Source of the DNA: Candidatus Bathyarchaeota archaeon
Lineage (GTDB): Archaea; Thermoproteota; Bathyarchaeia; 40CM-2-53-6; CAVXDP01
Assembly: GCA_963760485.1 (NCBI GenBank)
Contig: CAVXDP010000002.1
Coordinates: 2,362 to 66,361 of the forward strand
Reading direction: 5' to 3'
Length of the DNA stretch: 64,000 nucleotides
Shown: piece after piece, positions 48,775 through 57,843 of the stretch
Position numbering within the stretch: the stretch's first letter is position 1
How the letters are laid out: the number at the start of each line of letters is the position of its first letter
Position numbers and translations under genes: made by a program
Notes under the pieces: generated by a model
Told to the model about the DNA's origin: nothing
What the model saw: only the letters and a program-made list of their open reading frames with translations
Databases searched by the model: none

Positions 48775-48844
48775 AACATCTTGTATATGATTTTCAAACT
48801 ATTGACTGTTTCGTGTTTTCCAAACTGTCAGATCTCATTTTCTG

Positions 48845-49474
48845 TCAAGTTTTGACGCTGAACTTCCGAGTTGCACGCCACATAAACCAGTTTGGAACAT
48901 CGTAAAGTAATGCTTCGTTTATCGTCGAGAAGTCGTATCGCTCATAGAATTTGACGTTTCTAGCTTTGTTTGTTTCGAGATACGCCGCGTCGCCACGCCG
49001 GTCCACATAATCGCAGACATAGTTTAGCAAGTGGCTCCCAAATCCCATTCCCTGCACTTCTGGGTCGACAGCAAAAGGTCCTAGGTGCCAGTGTCTTTCC
49101 TTTGGGTCATACTCGCTCAAGAATGTTAGGTACTTCAACACACGATTGAACTTGGTTCCACTTGCACCCAATAGCCTAGGCATTGCTTGAAGTAGTTGTT
49201 TTGTTGATGGTTGACATTTCCCTGGTTTGACCATACGCATGACTGCTACGACTCTCCCAGCATCTTTGATACACAGAATCTCGCATGGAAGGGCTTCTAG
49301 CATCAATTTGAAAACGTGAGCAAGAGTCTTAGAGGTTTTCTTTGATGGTTCTCCAAACAGACCAATAGACATGGGATCTGTCGACAAGGATCGACTAAGA
49401 AGGTCAGCGGCGTTAGATATTTCTGAAGGTAATAACGGTTCGATAATAGTCTCTGACAGTTTCATGGATTTCAT
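48845..49474 (-). CDS. GNAT-family N-acetyltransferase
   Basis: Acetyl-CoA motif VDPEVQGMGFGSHLL, plus AYLETNKARNVKFYERYDF. Confidence 0.7.
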   Translation of the reverse strand: MKSMKLSETIIEPLLPSEISNAADLLSRSLSTDPMSIGLFGEPSKKTSKTLAHVFKLMLEALPCEILCIKDAGRVVAVMRMVKPGKCQPSTKQLLQAMPRLLGASGTKFNRVLKYLTFLSEYDPKERHWHLGPFAVDPEVQGMGFGSHLLNYVCDYVDRRGDAAYLETNKARNVKFYERYDFSTINEALLYDVPNWFMWRATRKFSVKT

Positions 49475-49531
49475 GATTTGACACTCAGTAGAGCTTTATG
49501 CATGTTTCTATGTCCTTGTTGAACTGCTTCT

Positions 49532-49780
49532 CTACTTCATCTTCTTCAAAATGAATCGTATTCTCGACCCGTCTTTGCTTATTTCTAAAACTTCCTGCCC
49601 GATTCTTTTTGCAAGTCTAGCAATATCTTCTTCAGCTGCAGGATCGTCAGCCCAGACTTCCAAGATTTGCCCAATGGCAAGTTTGTCCAATTCCTCTCTC
49701 ACCTTTAAAACGGGAATCGGGCAGTACAATCCTATGCAGTCTAATGTCCGATCTGGTTTCATGTCCATGTTGTTTTGCAC
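49532..49780 (-). CDS. tusA: TusA/SirA-family sulfurtransferase
   Basis: LDCIGLYCPIPVLKVREEL (CPxP motif). 82 aa. Confidence 0.85.
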   Translation of the reverse strand: MQNNMDMKPDRTLDCIGLYCPIPVLKVREELDKLAIGQILEVWADDPAAEEDIARLAKRIGQEVLEISKDGSRIRFILKKMK

Positions 49781-49798
49781 CTGAACTTAGGCTCGTGT

Positions 49799-50803
49799 CT
49801 AGTAGAGGCGATTTGCGACGAAATCGGCCAGATCAAGGAGACATGTCTTCGCGTCTGATTCTGAAATATTCTCAAGCGATTTTTTCCCTTCGGTGACGAG
49901 TTTTTTCCCCAATTCATAGGTCTTCTGTCGTGCTTCTGTTTTTTCAAGGAGTTTCAACGCTGATCGTAGTAGAGATGGACTTACTCTTTCAGTTCTGAGT
50001 ATCCTAATGAGACGGCTACTCGTGTTCCGATTCAGTTCTTTCAGAGCGAATATGATGACAGCGTTCCCCAGTTTGTGTTCTAATATGTCCTTTCCCCGCT
50101 GTTTTCCAGTCCTCTCCCCAAAAATGTCCAGGTAGTCGTCTACAACCTGGAATGCGACTCCAACCTTCCAGCCGTACTCCGCCAATGATTCTTGGTATGG
50201 TTCTGACGCGTCTGCTGCCAAGGCGCCTGCAATACACGCCGCTCTTATCAATGTAGCAGTCTTCTTTCCAATCATGTTGAGGTAAGATTCCATTGAGACG
50301 TTCTTGCTACGATATTTGGTGAAATATGCACCTTGTCTTCCGGCTTGTTCGAAGAGTATGTCGAGACGTTCTCCTTCTATCGTCTTCTTTATGGCGTCGA
50401 TCATGATTGCACGCATCTGCTCAGGCTTGGAGCAGTCATTTGCAACTTCATCGAGAGCTTCTCTATGATGCATGCCTGCCAGCAGGGCCATAGTCTCGCC
50501 GTATTTCGCGAGGACTGTGGGTTTTCCTCTCCTCACGACGCCTCGGTCAATTATGTCATCCATCACTAGAGAGTAGTTGTGGATCAATTCGATCATAGCG
50601 GCCGATAATAGTGCTCTCGATCGTTCAGCTCCGGCGGCCTCGCAACTCAACAATGTTAATGCCGACCGAACTCTTTTTCCACCAACTCCGACTTGATATC
50701 TTACGACTTGAGCAAAGTCTCTATGCACGTCTCTCTCCAGATACTTCTCGATTATGGGATCGACTTCATGACCCAAAACCATTATTCGGTCTGTTATGTC
50801 CAA
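49799..50803 (-). CDS. idsA: polyprenyl (geranylgeranyl-type) diphosphate synthase
   Basis: First Asp-rich motif LVMDDIIDRG, second Asp-rich motif QVVDDYLD. Confidence 0.9.
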   Translation of the reverse strand: MDITDRIMVLGHEVDPIIEKYLERDVHRDFAQVVRYQVGVGGKRVRSALTLLSCEAAGAERSRALLSAAMIELIHNYSLVMDDIIDRGVVRRGKPTVLAKYGETMALLAGMHHREALDEVANDCSKPEQMRAIMIDAIKKTIEGERLDILFEQAGRQGAYFTKYRSKNVSMESYLNMIGKKTATLIRAACIAGALAADASEPYQESLAEYGWKVGVAFQVVDDYLDIFGERTGKQRGKDILEHKLGNAVIIFALKELNRNTSSRLIRILRTERVSPSLLRSALKLLEKTEARQKTYELGKKLVTEGKKSLENISESDAKTCLLDLADFVANRLY

Positions 50804-50845
50804 GAATCTAGAGCTCCCGTCGCGTGATGGATCTTCTTGAGCCAG

Positions 50846-51637
50846 TCATGCGATTATTTCTGTGCAGTCTATTTCTTCACCTTTGAGTAGCTGACTCAAA
50901 TTGCCACGTTTCGCAAGATTGAATATCGTAACAGGTGTTCGTTGATCAACTAGTCCAGCGCTCTCAGTCAATTTGCCTCGCATTCCGCCAGTCACATCCG
51001 TACCGGTAGAACCGCCGACCTTGGCAATCCACTTGTTAAGTTCGGAGTACTTGATTCTTCGAACGAGCTCAGCATTGGAATCAGACCTCGGATCTGACCT
51101 GAAAACTCCGTCAACGTCACATCCAAACATTATTTTGCTGGCGCTAAGGTTCTTGGCTAGTTGAATTGCCATTTGGTCTCCTGAGACAACTGAAACCCCC
51201 CAAGCTGAATCCACTATCAGGTCTCCATGAAGTACTGGAACATAAGCCGTGTCCACTAGTCTCTTCAATGGTTCGATCTGCATGGAGGTTATACGACCTT
51301 CTTCAGCAGTCATGAAACTGGATGGCATAAACGGTACTGCTGGGATCCGGTGGCGTTTCATCGATCTGACTACAAGGGAGTTTAGCTCCATCAACGCGAG
51401 TTTCGTTTCTGATACGCCAACTCTTCGAAAATCTCCATGACCCAAACCTATTCCATACTTTTTCACAATCGGATGGCCGAATGAGCCGGCGCCGTGAATA
51501 ATAATCAATTCATCCCTAAAGTCTGATAATTCACTGCTGATCCTGTCAATCACTCTAGGTCGTGCTGATAGTTCATGTTTCTTCTCAGTTATGACTGAAC
51601 CTCCCAATTTTACAATGACTGGACCAGACAGAGGCAT
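50846..51637 (-). CDS. ipk: isopentenyl phosphate kinase
   Basis: IVKLGGSVITEK and IIHGAGSFGH, in the amino-acid kinase fold. Adjacent to the prenyl synthase. Confidence 0.85.
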   Translation of the reverse strand: MPLSGPVIVKLGGSVITEKKHELSARPRVIDRISSELSDFRDELIIIHGAGSFGHPIVKKYGIGLGHGDFRRVGVSETKLALMELNSLVVRSMKRHRIPAVPFMPSSFMTAEEGRITSMQIEPLKRLVDTAYVPVLHGDLIVDSAWGVSVVSGDQMAIQLAKNLSASKIMFGCDVDGVFRSDPRSDSNAELVRRIKYSELNKWIAKVGGSTGTDVTGGMRGKLTESAGLVDQRTPVTIFNLAKRGNLSQLLKGEEIDCTEIIA

Positions 51638-51682
51638 TTCTCTTCACCTGAATTCATCTAGCGAAAGCAAAATTTCCTGAAT

Positions 51683-51889
51683 TTAGGTCACGGTTATTCT
51701 TCTGACGATCACCTTAGGCTTTTCCGGTTTGCGGAGCTCCTGTCCGCATGTATTGCAATATCGATCTTGAGCAGTTGCGAGCGAACCGCATGAAGGGCAA
51801 TTTGAACCTTTTTCCTCCTCTTGATCCAAATGCTCGAACATTCGAGTCATCTCAGAAATGACCTTATCATCTTCCGAAGACTTTTTCAT
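51683..51889 (-). CDS. small zinc-ribbon protein
   Basis: CPSCGSLATAQDRYCNTCG. 68 aa. Confidence 0.5.
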   Translation of the reverse strand: MKKSSEDDKVISEMTRMFEHLDQEEEKGSNCPSCGSLATAQDRYCNTCGQELRKPEKPKVIVRRITVT

Positions 51890-52016
51890 CTCAAGCAGCC
51901 TTGACTATTTAGACCTTTTTTGTCTACCTTGCACTACTTCGAGCTCATAAAGAATGTGCCATGTCTTGCTAATCAACGCATCCGAGCATCTTGCAGTACT
52001 ACTGGCTTGATGAAGC

Positions 52017-54005
52017 CTATGCGAGTGAAATACCTGTTTCCGGCACTGCTTTGATCCCGATGTTCCGTTTTTCAAGTTCTTCTAGGAATTCTCTGGATCT
52101 TAATGTGTCAAGGAAGACCTTAACAGAATCTTTCTCTAGTCGGGATCTTAGTGTTACGAAGTCGAAGTGTTCGTCTATGATTGGGATGAAATCCAATGAT
52201 CGATCTTTCGTCACCGCTCTAATAGCTACTCCAACATCTGCTTTGCCTAACAGAACGGCGGTTGCCACAGCAGAATGTGATTTCGCCTCCACCATGTAGC
52301 CTGTGATCGACGCTCTTGCTTTTTCAAACGCCAGTGCCTTCTGATCAGCGATCTTTCGGATATTTAGGTCAGTGAGAATTCTCGTTCCCGACCCAGGGTT
52401 TCGATTTACGAATGTTACATCTTTTCTGAAAAGGTCTTGAAATCCCGTTATGGATTTTGGGTTGCCCTTCTGAATGACGAAGCCTTGCTCCCGATCATAT
52501 CCTCTGAATAGAACAAGCTTTTGTGCCGCGCTTGACCTTCTAACGTACGAAAGGTTGAATTCGCCCGAAGTCTCGTCGATCAGATGGATTCCTGCCAGAT
52601 CTGCTTCGCCTCGTGAAACAGCATTCAAGCCGCCCATCGATCCTACGTTGACTACCTGTGCAGAAAATTCTGGATGAGTTCTCCTAATCACGCTGAGAAG
52701 GACATCGATTCCTATGCAGTGGCTTCCAATTATTATGAGGTTAGCTGGTCTCAGCTCTTGGTTGAAGAGATCTACAGTCACGCCTTCACCTTCATCCAGC
52801 AGTTTTCGATTCACTGGAACATCGATGAATCCGTCAGCCATAGCGTAGGACGTGATGGCTCCCGATCCACCCGTCACTGGATACGCAACATACTCTCCGA
52901 ATTCGTTGACGATGATATGGACTGGCATGAATTCTCTCCTTCCTCCAGGTGTGAAGATCTTTGTAGCAAGCGTAGCCTCAAGCTTGCTTCCACTGAATGT
53001 TCCAGTCAGCCCGACAAGCTTTAGGAGTAGAGGCCTCACGAGAATCTGGAAGATTGTCATCGCCGATGTTGGATATCCGGGGAGAGCGAAGATAGGTATC
53101 CCTTTCACCACGGCCACCACCGCAGGCTTTCCCGGTTTCACGGAGAGGCCGTGGACGATCACCCCTGGCTCGCCAAGGCCATTCAGAATTCTGTAGAGTT
53201 TGTCTCCAACGCCGGCTGATGTGCTTCCAGAAGTAATTACAAGCTCAGCTTCATTCAATGCCTTCTCAATCTTTTCAATCATGTCATCTGAGTCGTCTTT
53301 GGCTATCCCAATGTAGAAGGGTTCACATCCTGATTCGATCACTGCCCCCATGAGCGAATTTGCATTTATGTCAAATATTTTCCCATACTGTGGTTGTTCT
53401 CCCAGTTTGAGCACTTCGTTTCCAGTTGAAATTATCGCAACTTTAGGTCTTCTATATACATTGACAGATCTTAGGCCAAGTGCGGCGATGACGCCCATTT
53501 CTCTTGATGTGATCTTCTCGCCCCTTCTGAGAATGAGTTCGCCTGCCATGATGTCGGCTCCAGCGGCCATCACGTTCTCACCTGGTGTCACTGCCTTCCT
53601 CACCTCTATGGATCCATTGCTTTCATGCGTGTATTCAACCATAACCACTGAATTGGCGCCTTTTGGCATCGGAGCGCCTGTCGCAATTTCGACAACTGTG
53701 CCTGTGACAACTTCGACGTTCGGCTTTTCTCCAGGTTCAACTCGACCTGCCAAAGGGAGTATTCTCGGGCAACTCTCTTCTGCCCCAAACGTATCCTCAG
53801 CTATGACTGCATATCCATCCATCGCAGCACGATCGAATCCTGGAACGTCCAAATCTGAAAAAACATCTTCGCTGAGGACTCTTCCGAGTGAATTTTCGAC
53901 GGGTACCTTTTCCTCTCCGACTGGGGTGGGCTTGAAGAACTTTAGTAATCTTGAATTGGCTTCTTCAAGTGAGACAAGCGTTCTGAAGATTTTCCTCTCA
54001 TTCAT
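52017..54005 (-). CDS. moeA: MoeA-type molybdopterin molybdenumtransferase fused to a C-terminal periplasmic-binding-protein-like domain
   Basis: MoeA N-terminal domain (PGFDRAAMDGYAV), MoCF-biosynthesis domain (VAIISTGNEV..ITSGSTSAG), and an extra domain of about 250 aa (LIIIGSHCIG..NRNPGSGTR). Confidence 0.85.
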   Translation of the reverse strand: MNERKIFRTLVSLEEANSRLLKFFKPTPVGEEKVPVENSLGRVLSEDVFSDLDVPGFDRAAMDGYAVIAEDTFGAEESCPRILPLAGRVEPGEKPNVEVVTGTVVEIATGAPMPKGANSVVMVEYTHESNGSIEVRKAVTPGENVMAAGADIMAGELILRRGEKITSREMGVIAALGLRSVNVYRRPKVAIISTGNEVLKLGEQPQYGKIFDINANSLMGAVIESGCEPFYIGIAKDDSDDMIEKIEKALNEAELVITSGSTSAGVGDKLYRILNGLGEPGVIVHGLSVKPGKPAVVAVVKGIPIFALPGYPTSAMTIFQILVRPLLLKLVGLTGTFSGSKLEATLATKIFTPGGRREFMPVHIIVNEFGEYVAYPVTGGSGAITSYAMADGFIDVPVNRKLLDEGEGVTVDLFNQELRPANLIIIGSHCIGIDVLLSVIRRTHPEFSAQVVNVGSMGGLNAVSRGEADLAGIHLIDETSGEFNLSYVRRSSAAQKLVLFRGYDREQGFVIQKGNPKSITGFQDLFRKDVTFVNRNPGSGTRILTDLNIRKIADQKALAFEKARASITGYMVEAKSHSAVATAVLLGKADVGVAIRAVTKDRSLDFIPIIDEHFDFVTLRSRLEKDSVKVFLDTLRSREFLEELEKRNIGIKAVPETGISLA

Positions 54006-55278
54006 TGCTTTTTTCCTTCTCGATTGGACGGAAAAGGTCTACTTCAACGATTGCTCCTGCTTCAATTCCTTCCCTCTCTTCAGGAATCGCTACAATTCCA
54101 TTTGATTTGGTCATGGTTGAGAGGATGCTGGAGCCAAGAGTTCTGACAGGTTCTGCAACATATCCGTCTGAGGATTTTTTGACTAGAACCCTAGCGAAGG
54201 TTCTCATCCCAAGTGATGATTGTATTCGACGAGTCAACTTTGCCCTTAACAAGATTCTGAAGTCTTGATTGGATCCGAGCATTTGATGCATCATTGGTAG
54301 AGCGAATATGTTGAAGCCTACAATCGCGGCGACGGGATGGCCTGGTAGCGAGATAATTGGCTTACCGTTCACAACGGCTAGCCCTGCAGGCATGCCCGGT
54401 CTCATTGAGATTCCATGGACGAGCATTCCCGGTGTTCCAAGTGAGTTTATTACTTCTGGTACAAGGTCCGCCTTCCCGACAGACGTTCCAGCACTGACCA
54501 AGATTAGATCGCATTTTTCCAAGCCTTCTCGAATTCTATGGCCTATGTCATCTAAATTGTCATGGGCAATTCCAAGATCCAGCGACGTTCCACCATGTTC
54601 CTTGACGAAGTTAGAGAGTATCGGCCTGTTCACATCTACGGTTTTTCCGAGTCCTCCTAGTCTTGGAGACAGAACTAGTTCCTCTCCTGTAGAGAGGATC
54701 CCCACAACAGGCTTCTTCGCAACCTGCACATTTTCGAATCCAAGTGCAACTAGCATTCCAATATCTGGGGGTTCAATTCTCATTCCCTTTCTAAGAGCGA
54801 TTGATCCTTTCCTTATGTCATCTCCAGCCTTCACCACATTCTCGTATGGAACTACTGGAGAATAGGCGTGTACGGTATCGGTTCTGGTTCTTCTTGTGTG
54901 TTCCACCATGACGACAGCATCAGCACCATCCGGAACCTGAGCGCCCGTGGCTACTTGAACTGCTTCTTTCCTGCCAACGTGAGCAGATGAAGCGGACCCT
55001 GCTGAAATTTCACCAATAACCTGCAGCTCAGCAGGGCTTGTTTGTGACGACCCAAATGTGTCCTCGGCAACCAATGCGTAACCATCAACAGCTGACTTGT
55101 TGTAAGAAGGAACGTCGAAAGGCGAAGTGACGTCTTCACCTAGGATACGTCCCAGCACATCGCCAATTGGAATAGCTTCCAAGTTGGGTTTCAAGTTTCC
55201 AAGCGCTTTCGATATTCTTTCAAGCGCATCTTCAATTCGAGTTGTGTGTCTGAACCCATCTATTCGAGAAGTTGCCAT
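53998..55278 (-). CDS. moeA: MoeA-type molybdopterin molybdenumtransferase
   Basis: PSYNKSAVDGYAL and VGILSTGEEL..VSAGTSVGKAD. 426 aa. Overlaps the downstream paralog start. Confidence 0.9.
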   Translation of the reverse strand: MATSRIDGFRHTTRIEDALERISKALGNLKPNLEAIPIGDVLGRILGEDVTSPFDVPSYNKSAVDGYALVAEDTFGSSQTSPAELQVIGEISAGSASSAHVGRKEAVQVATGAQVPDGADAVVMVEHTRRTRTDTVHAYSPVVPYENVVKAGDDIRKGSIALRKGMRIEPPDIGMLVALGFENVQVAKKPVVGILSTGEELVLSPRLGGLGKTVDVNRPILSNFVKEHGGTSLDLGIAHDNLDDIGHRIREGLEKCDLILVSAGTSVGKADLVPEVINSLGTPGMLVHGISMRPGMPAGLAVVNGKPIISLPGHPVAAIVGFNIFALPMMHQMLGSNQDFRILLRAKLTRRIQSSLGMRTFARVLVKKSSDGYVAEPVRTLGSSILSTMTKSNGIVAIPEEREGIEAGAIVEVDLFRPIEKEKSNE

Positions 55279-55351
55279 CTAACCTACCTGCAAGAATCGA
55301 AGTGTGCGATGTTTATCTGTGTTGCTAAGACATGAATCTGTACTCGGCTGT

Positions 55352-56107
55352 TCAGTGTGTGCTTCCACACTCTAGGCAGTCGGGGTTTCTTTTGACTTTG
55401 ATCTCCGTTATCTCCATGTAGGCCCCATCAATCACGATCAGCTTTTCAGTTGATAACTTTCCAATGCCGGTTATCAGTTTAATGACTTCCATGCTTTGGA
55501 GGCTGGCGACCGTCGCAGGGGTTGGACCTGCGACTGCAAACTTAACGTTCCCACTTGGGACTTTCCCGTATAAGCAATACAGGCACGGCGTCTTTTTTGG
55601 TATGATCGTCATCATGTGCCCATTGAATCCCTCAACAGATCCGTAAACAAATGGAATGTTGTTTCTGACTGCTCCTCGGTTAAGGACGAACCTTGTCTCA
55701 AGATTGTCCATTCCATCGACTATTACATCGCATTCCTTGACAAGAGAATCAACATTTCCGTCGGAGATTGTTTCTTTGCTAGTTTCGATAGTTACGTCCT
55801 GATTGATGTTGGATAGCTTCTTCTTGGCAGAATCAACCTTGAATTTTCCGATATCTTGCTCCCAATGCAAGATTTGTCGGTTGAGATTGCTCAGCTCAAC
55901 CTTTTCGTTGTCGACAAGTTTCAGGGTCCCCACTCCAGCTGCTGTGAGATATAGGGCTGATGGACACCCCAATCCACCGATGCCTGCAATCATAACACGA
56001 GCAGATTTCAGCCTAATCTGTCCTTCAGATGACCATCCATTGATTCTGATCTGTCTGTCGTACCTTTCAAGTTCTCTTGCTGAGAGTTCAACCATTTCTG
56101 ATTCCAA
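55352..56107 (-). CDS. ThiF/MoeB/UbaA-family E1-like adenylyltransferase
   Basis: RYDRQI, nucleotide loop GIGGLGCP, NLNRQ, and Cys pairs CLYC..CLEC. Confidence 0.85.
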   Translation of the reverse strand: MESEMVELSARELERYDRQIRINGWSSEGQIRLKSARVMIAGIGGLGCPSALYLTAAGVGTLKLVDNEKVELSNLNRQILHWEQDIGKFKVDSAKKKLSNINQDVTIETSKETISDGNVDSLVKECDVIVDGMDNLETRFVLNRGAVRNNIPFVYGSVEGFNGHMMTIIPKKTPCLYCLYGKVPSGNVKFAVAGPTPATVASLQSMEVIKLITGIGKLSTEKLIVIDGAYMEITEIKVKRNPDCLECGSTH

Positions 56108-56116
56108 TCTACTTGT

Positions 56117-57613
56117 TTACTCGGCCCATTCTACCCATGAGAATTTTCTTTGGAGGGTTTTCGAGTAGAAGTTTTTCCAGTCGAGATCTATCTTGCTGAA
56201 CCACTCGCTGTAGATGCGTGGATCAATGTAGCTCTTTAGTGATGTGCCGAGATTGTAGTCACGTGTTACTTTCATTGTGTCAATTTTCACCTTCAGCTCT
56301 TTGACTCTTTCCTTCGACCTTTTTGTCTTGGTCGATTTTAGCTTCCTTAACCTTTCCACCTTCTTCGCCAAGGATTCGTGCCATTTCTTTGGAAGTTTTC
56401 TCTTGTGATTGCAGATCCTGGCGGCCTCGAGGTTGGCCATAGTCGCGGCATTTTTCTTCAGGTAATCAGGGTCGCTCTTTGAAACCTTAGCTTTTTCCAG
56501 ATATTCTCTCACGGCTTTGGTTGCATGATATGTTCTAAACACCTTAGCTGTGAGACCGGGCATAACCTCGCTGAGAAACTCTCCGACATTGTCAGATCTA
56601 ACGCTTTCAAACAACTGAGATTTCGTGCTCTTCTGGAGTTCAAGTATGTTGTTGACGACCGGTTCTGGAAGCATTATCTCTCTAAAGAATCTAACCGAGT
56701 CTTTTCCCAGAAAATCGAATGTCGTCAGGCCGTTCGGTTTGATCTTGATGTGTTCAGGTCGAAGTGTCGTTGCGCCCACTGTGTCGGCTTCATCTTTGTC
56801 CTTCTCATCACCTACACGAAATTTCAGCGCATCGATGAGATAGCATACAGTCGCGATCTTGCGCCTCTTTATGTCCTCAGATCGAAGATTCGATTCTATG
56901 TGGGATTGGATCTTTCTAACCATCTTCTCAAGTTCTGTGGCCTTATCGAATTTCTCAATCTCGCGTTCTTGTTTCGGACCCGAAGAGTCACTTAACCAAA
57001 TGTACTTCTCGTTTCCGCGAAGTTTGTCATCCCATTTGGCCACCCACATGGAATCAGGTTGCCACACTCTATCTTTCCAGTGACCTTTCGGCATCGGTGC
57101 GTCCGGAGACAAGTTTAGTGTAACGTCGCTCTCGGTTGCTCCTTTTTTCCATCTTCCTCTTAGAGGGTGTTTTCCTCTACCCATGAAGATACATGGTGGT
57201 TCAACCAAATAGTTGCCAAGTTCAACTTTGGCGCCGTCCACTTCTGCGTGGCCGTATTTCTCCTTGTTCGTTTCACGTAAGGCCTTCCGTTCCGCTGCAA
57301 GCTTTTTCTTTTCTTCTTTTGACATACTTAGTTTAAGGTTTTTTTCGTCTGCTACGTGCTTTACAATCTCAGTGAAGTCGAAGTCTTGTGGACCAAGATT
57401 CTTCACGCCAAGAGCGTCACAGAAATCTTTGAAGAAATTCTTGACAAAAACTGGATCATCAACGTATTCAGTATCCAGCTTCTTGACCCAAGCAACCGCC
57501 ATCTCCTCCTGCTCCGGATTCAAAGCTACCTTCTGTCCTTTTGCGAGTATATGGAATCCTTTCGGTTCGTATGCCTTTGGAATCAGTACGCCGCTGTGTA
57601 CAAGTCTTCGCAT
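56117..57613 (-). CDS. eukaryote-like DNA topoisomerase IB
   Basis: Catalytic pentad context: ATTLRPEH, FLGKDSVRF, VFRTYHAT, ICNHKR, and active-site Tyr in LGTSLKSYIDPRI. Confidence 0.9.
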   Translation of the reverse strand: MRRLVHSGVLIPKAYEPKGFHILAKGQKVALNPEQEEMAVAWVKKLDTEYVDDPVFVKNFFKDFCDALGVKNLGPQDFDFTEIVKHVADEKNLKLSMSKEEKKKLAAERKALRETNKEKYGHAEVDGAKVELGNYLVEPPCIFMGRGKHPLRGRWKKGATESDVTLNLSPDAPMPKGHWKDRVWQPDSMWVAKWDDKLRGNEKYIWLSDSSGPKQEREIEKFDKATELEKMVRKIQSHIESNLRSEDIKRRKIATVCYLIDALKFRVGDEKDKDEADTVGATTLRPEHIKIKPNGLTTFDFLGKDSVRFFREIMLPEPVVNNILELQKSTKSQLFESVRSDNVGEFLSEVMPGLTAKVFRTYHATKAVREYLEKAKVSKSDPDYLKKNAATMANLEAARICNHKRKLPKKWHESLAKKVERLRKLKSTKTKRSKERVKELKVKIDTMKVTRDYNLGTSLKSYIDPRIYSEWFSKIDLDWKNFYSKTLQRKFSWVEWAE

Positions 57614-57843
57614 AATTCCCTCTTCTAGTCAATTGGGTCGAAATTGAGGTTTTCTAAGATGCATTGAGCTAGTGGCACATGAATGACTCATTTTAAATTT
57701 TCGGGAACTATCTGCCTACAATTGCCGCACACTTGAAGGCCATTGACGTGCCACTGCTAGAGGCCCTTGCTGGCTTTGATTAGAGCAAAGCTTAATAGAC
57801 ATTACAGAACCGATTCTTCTCGCAACAAAAAGGTGAATTAGAA

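Noticed and set aside
53350-54105. Long antisense ORFs in the track. Examples: 53350..54105 (251 aa), 9862..10611 (249 aa), 54308..54865, 40094..40657, 40813..41310, 28712..29173, 2763..3188, and many shorter ones.
   Set aside because: Each lies opposite an ORF with clear family motifs (MoeA, HdrB, AroE, Rrp4, PAS sensor and others). They have Ser/Pro/Thr/Leu-rich, motif-free composition typical of the reverse complement of real genes, and none has its own intergenic context.
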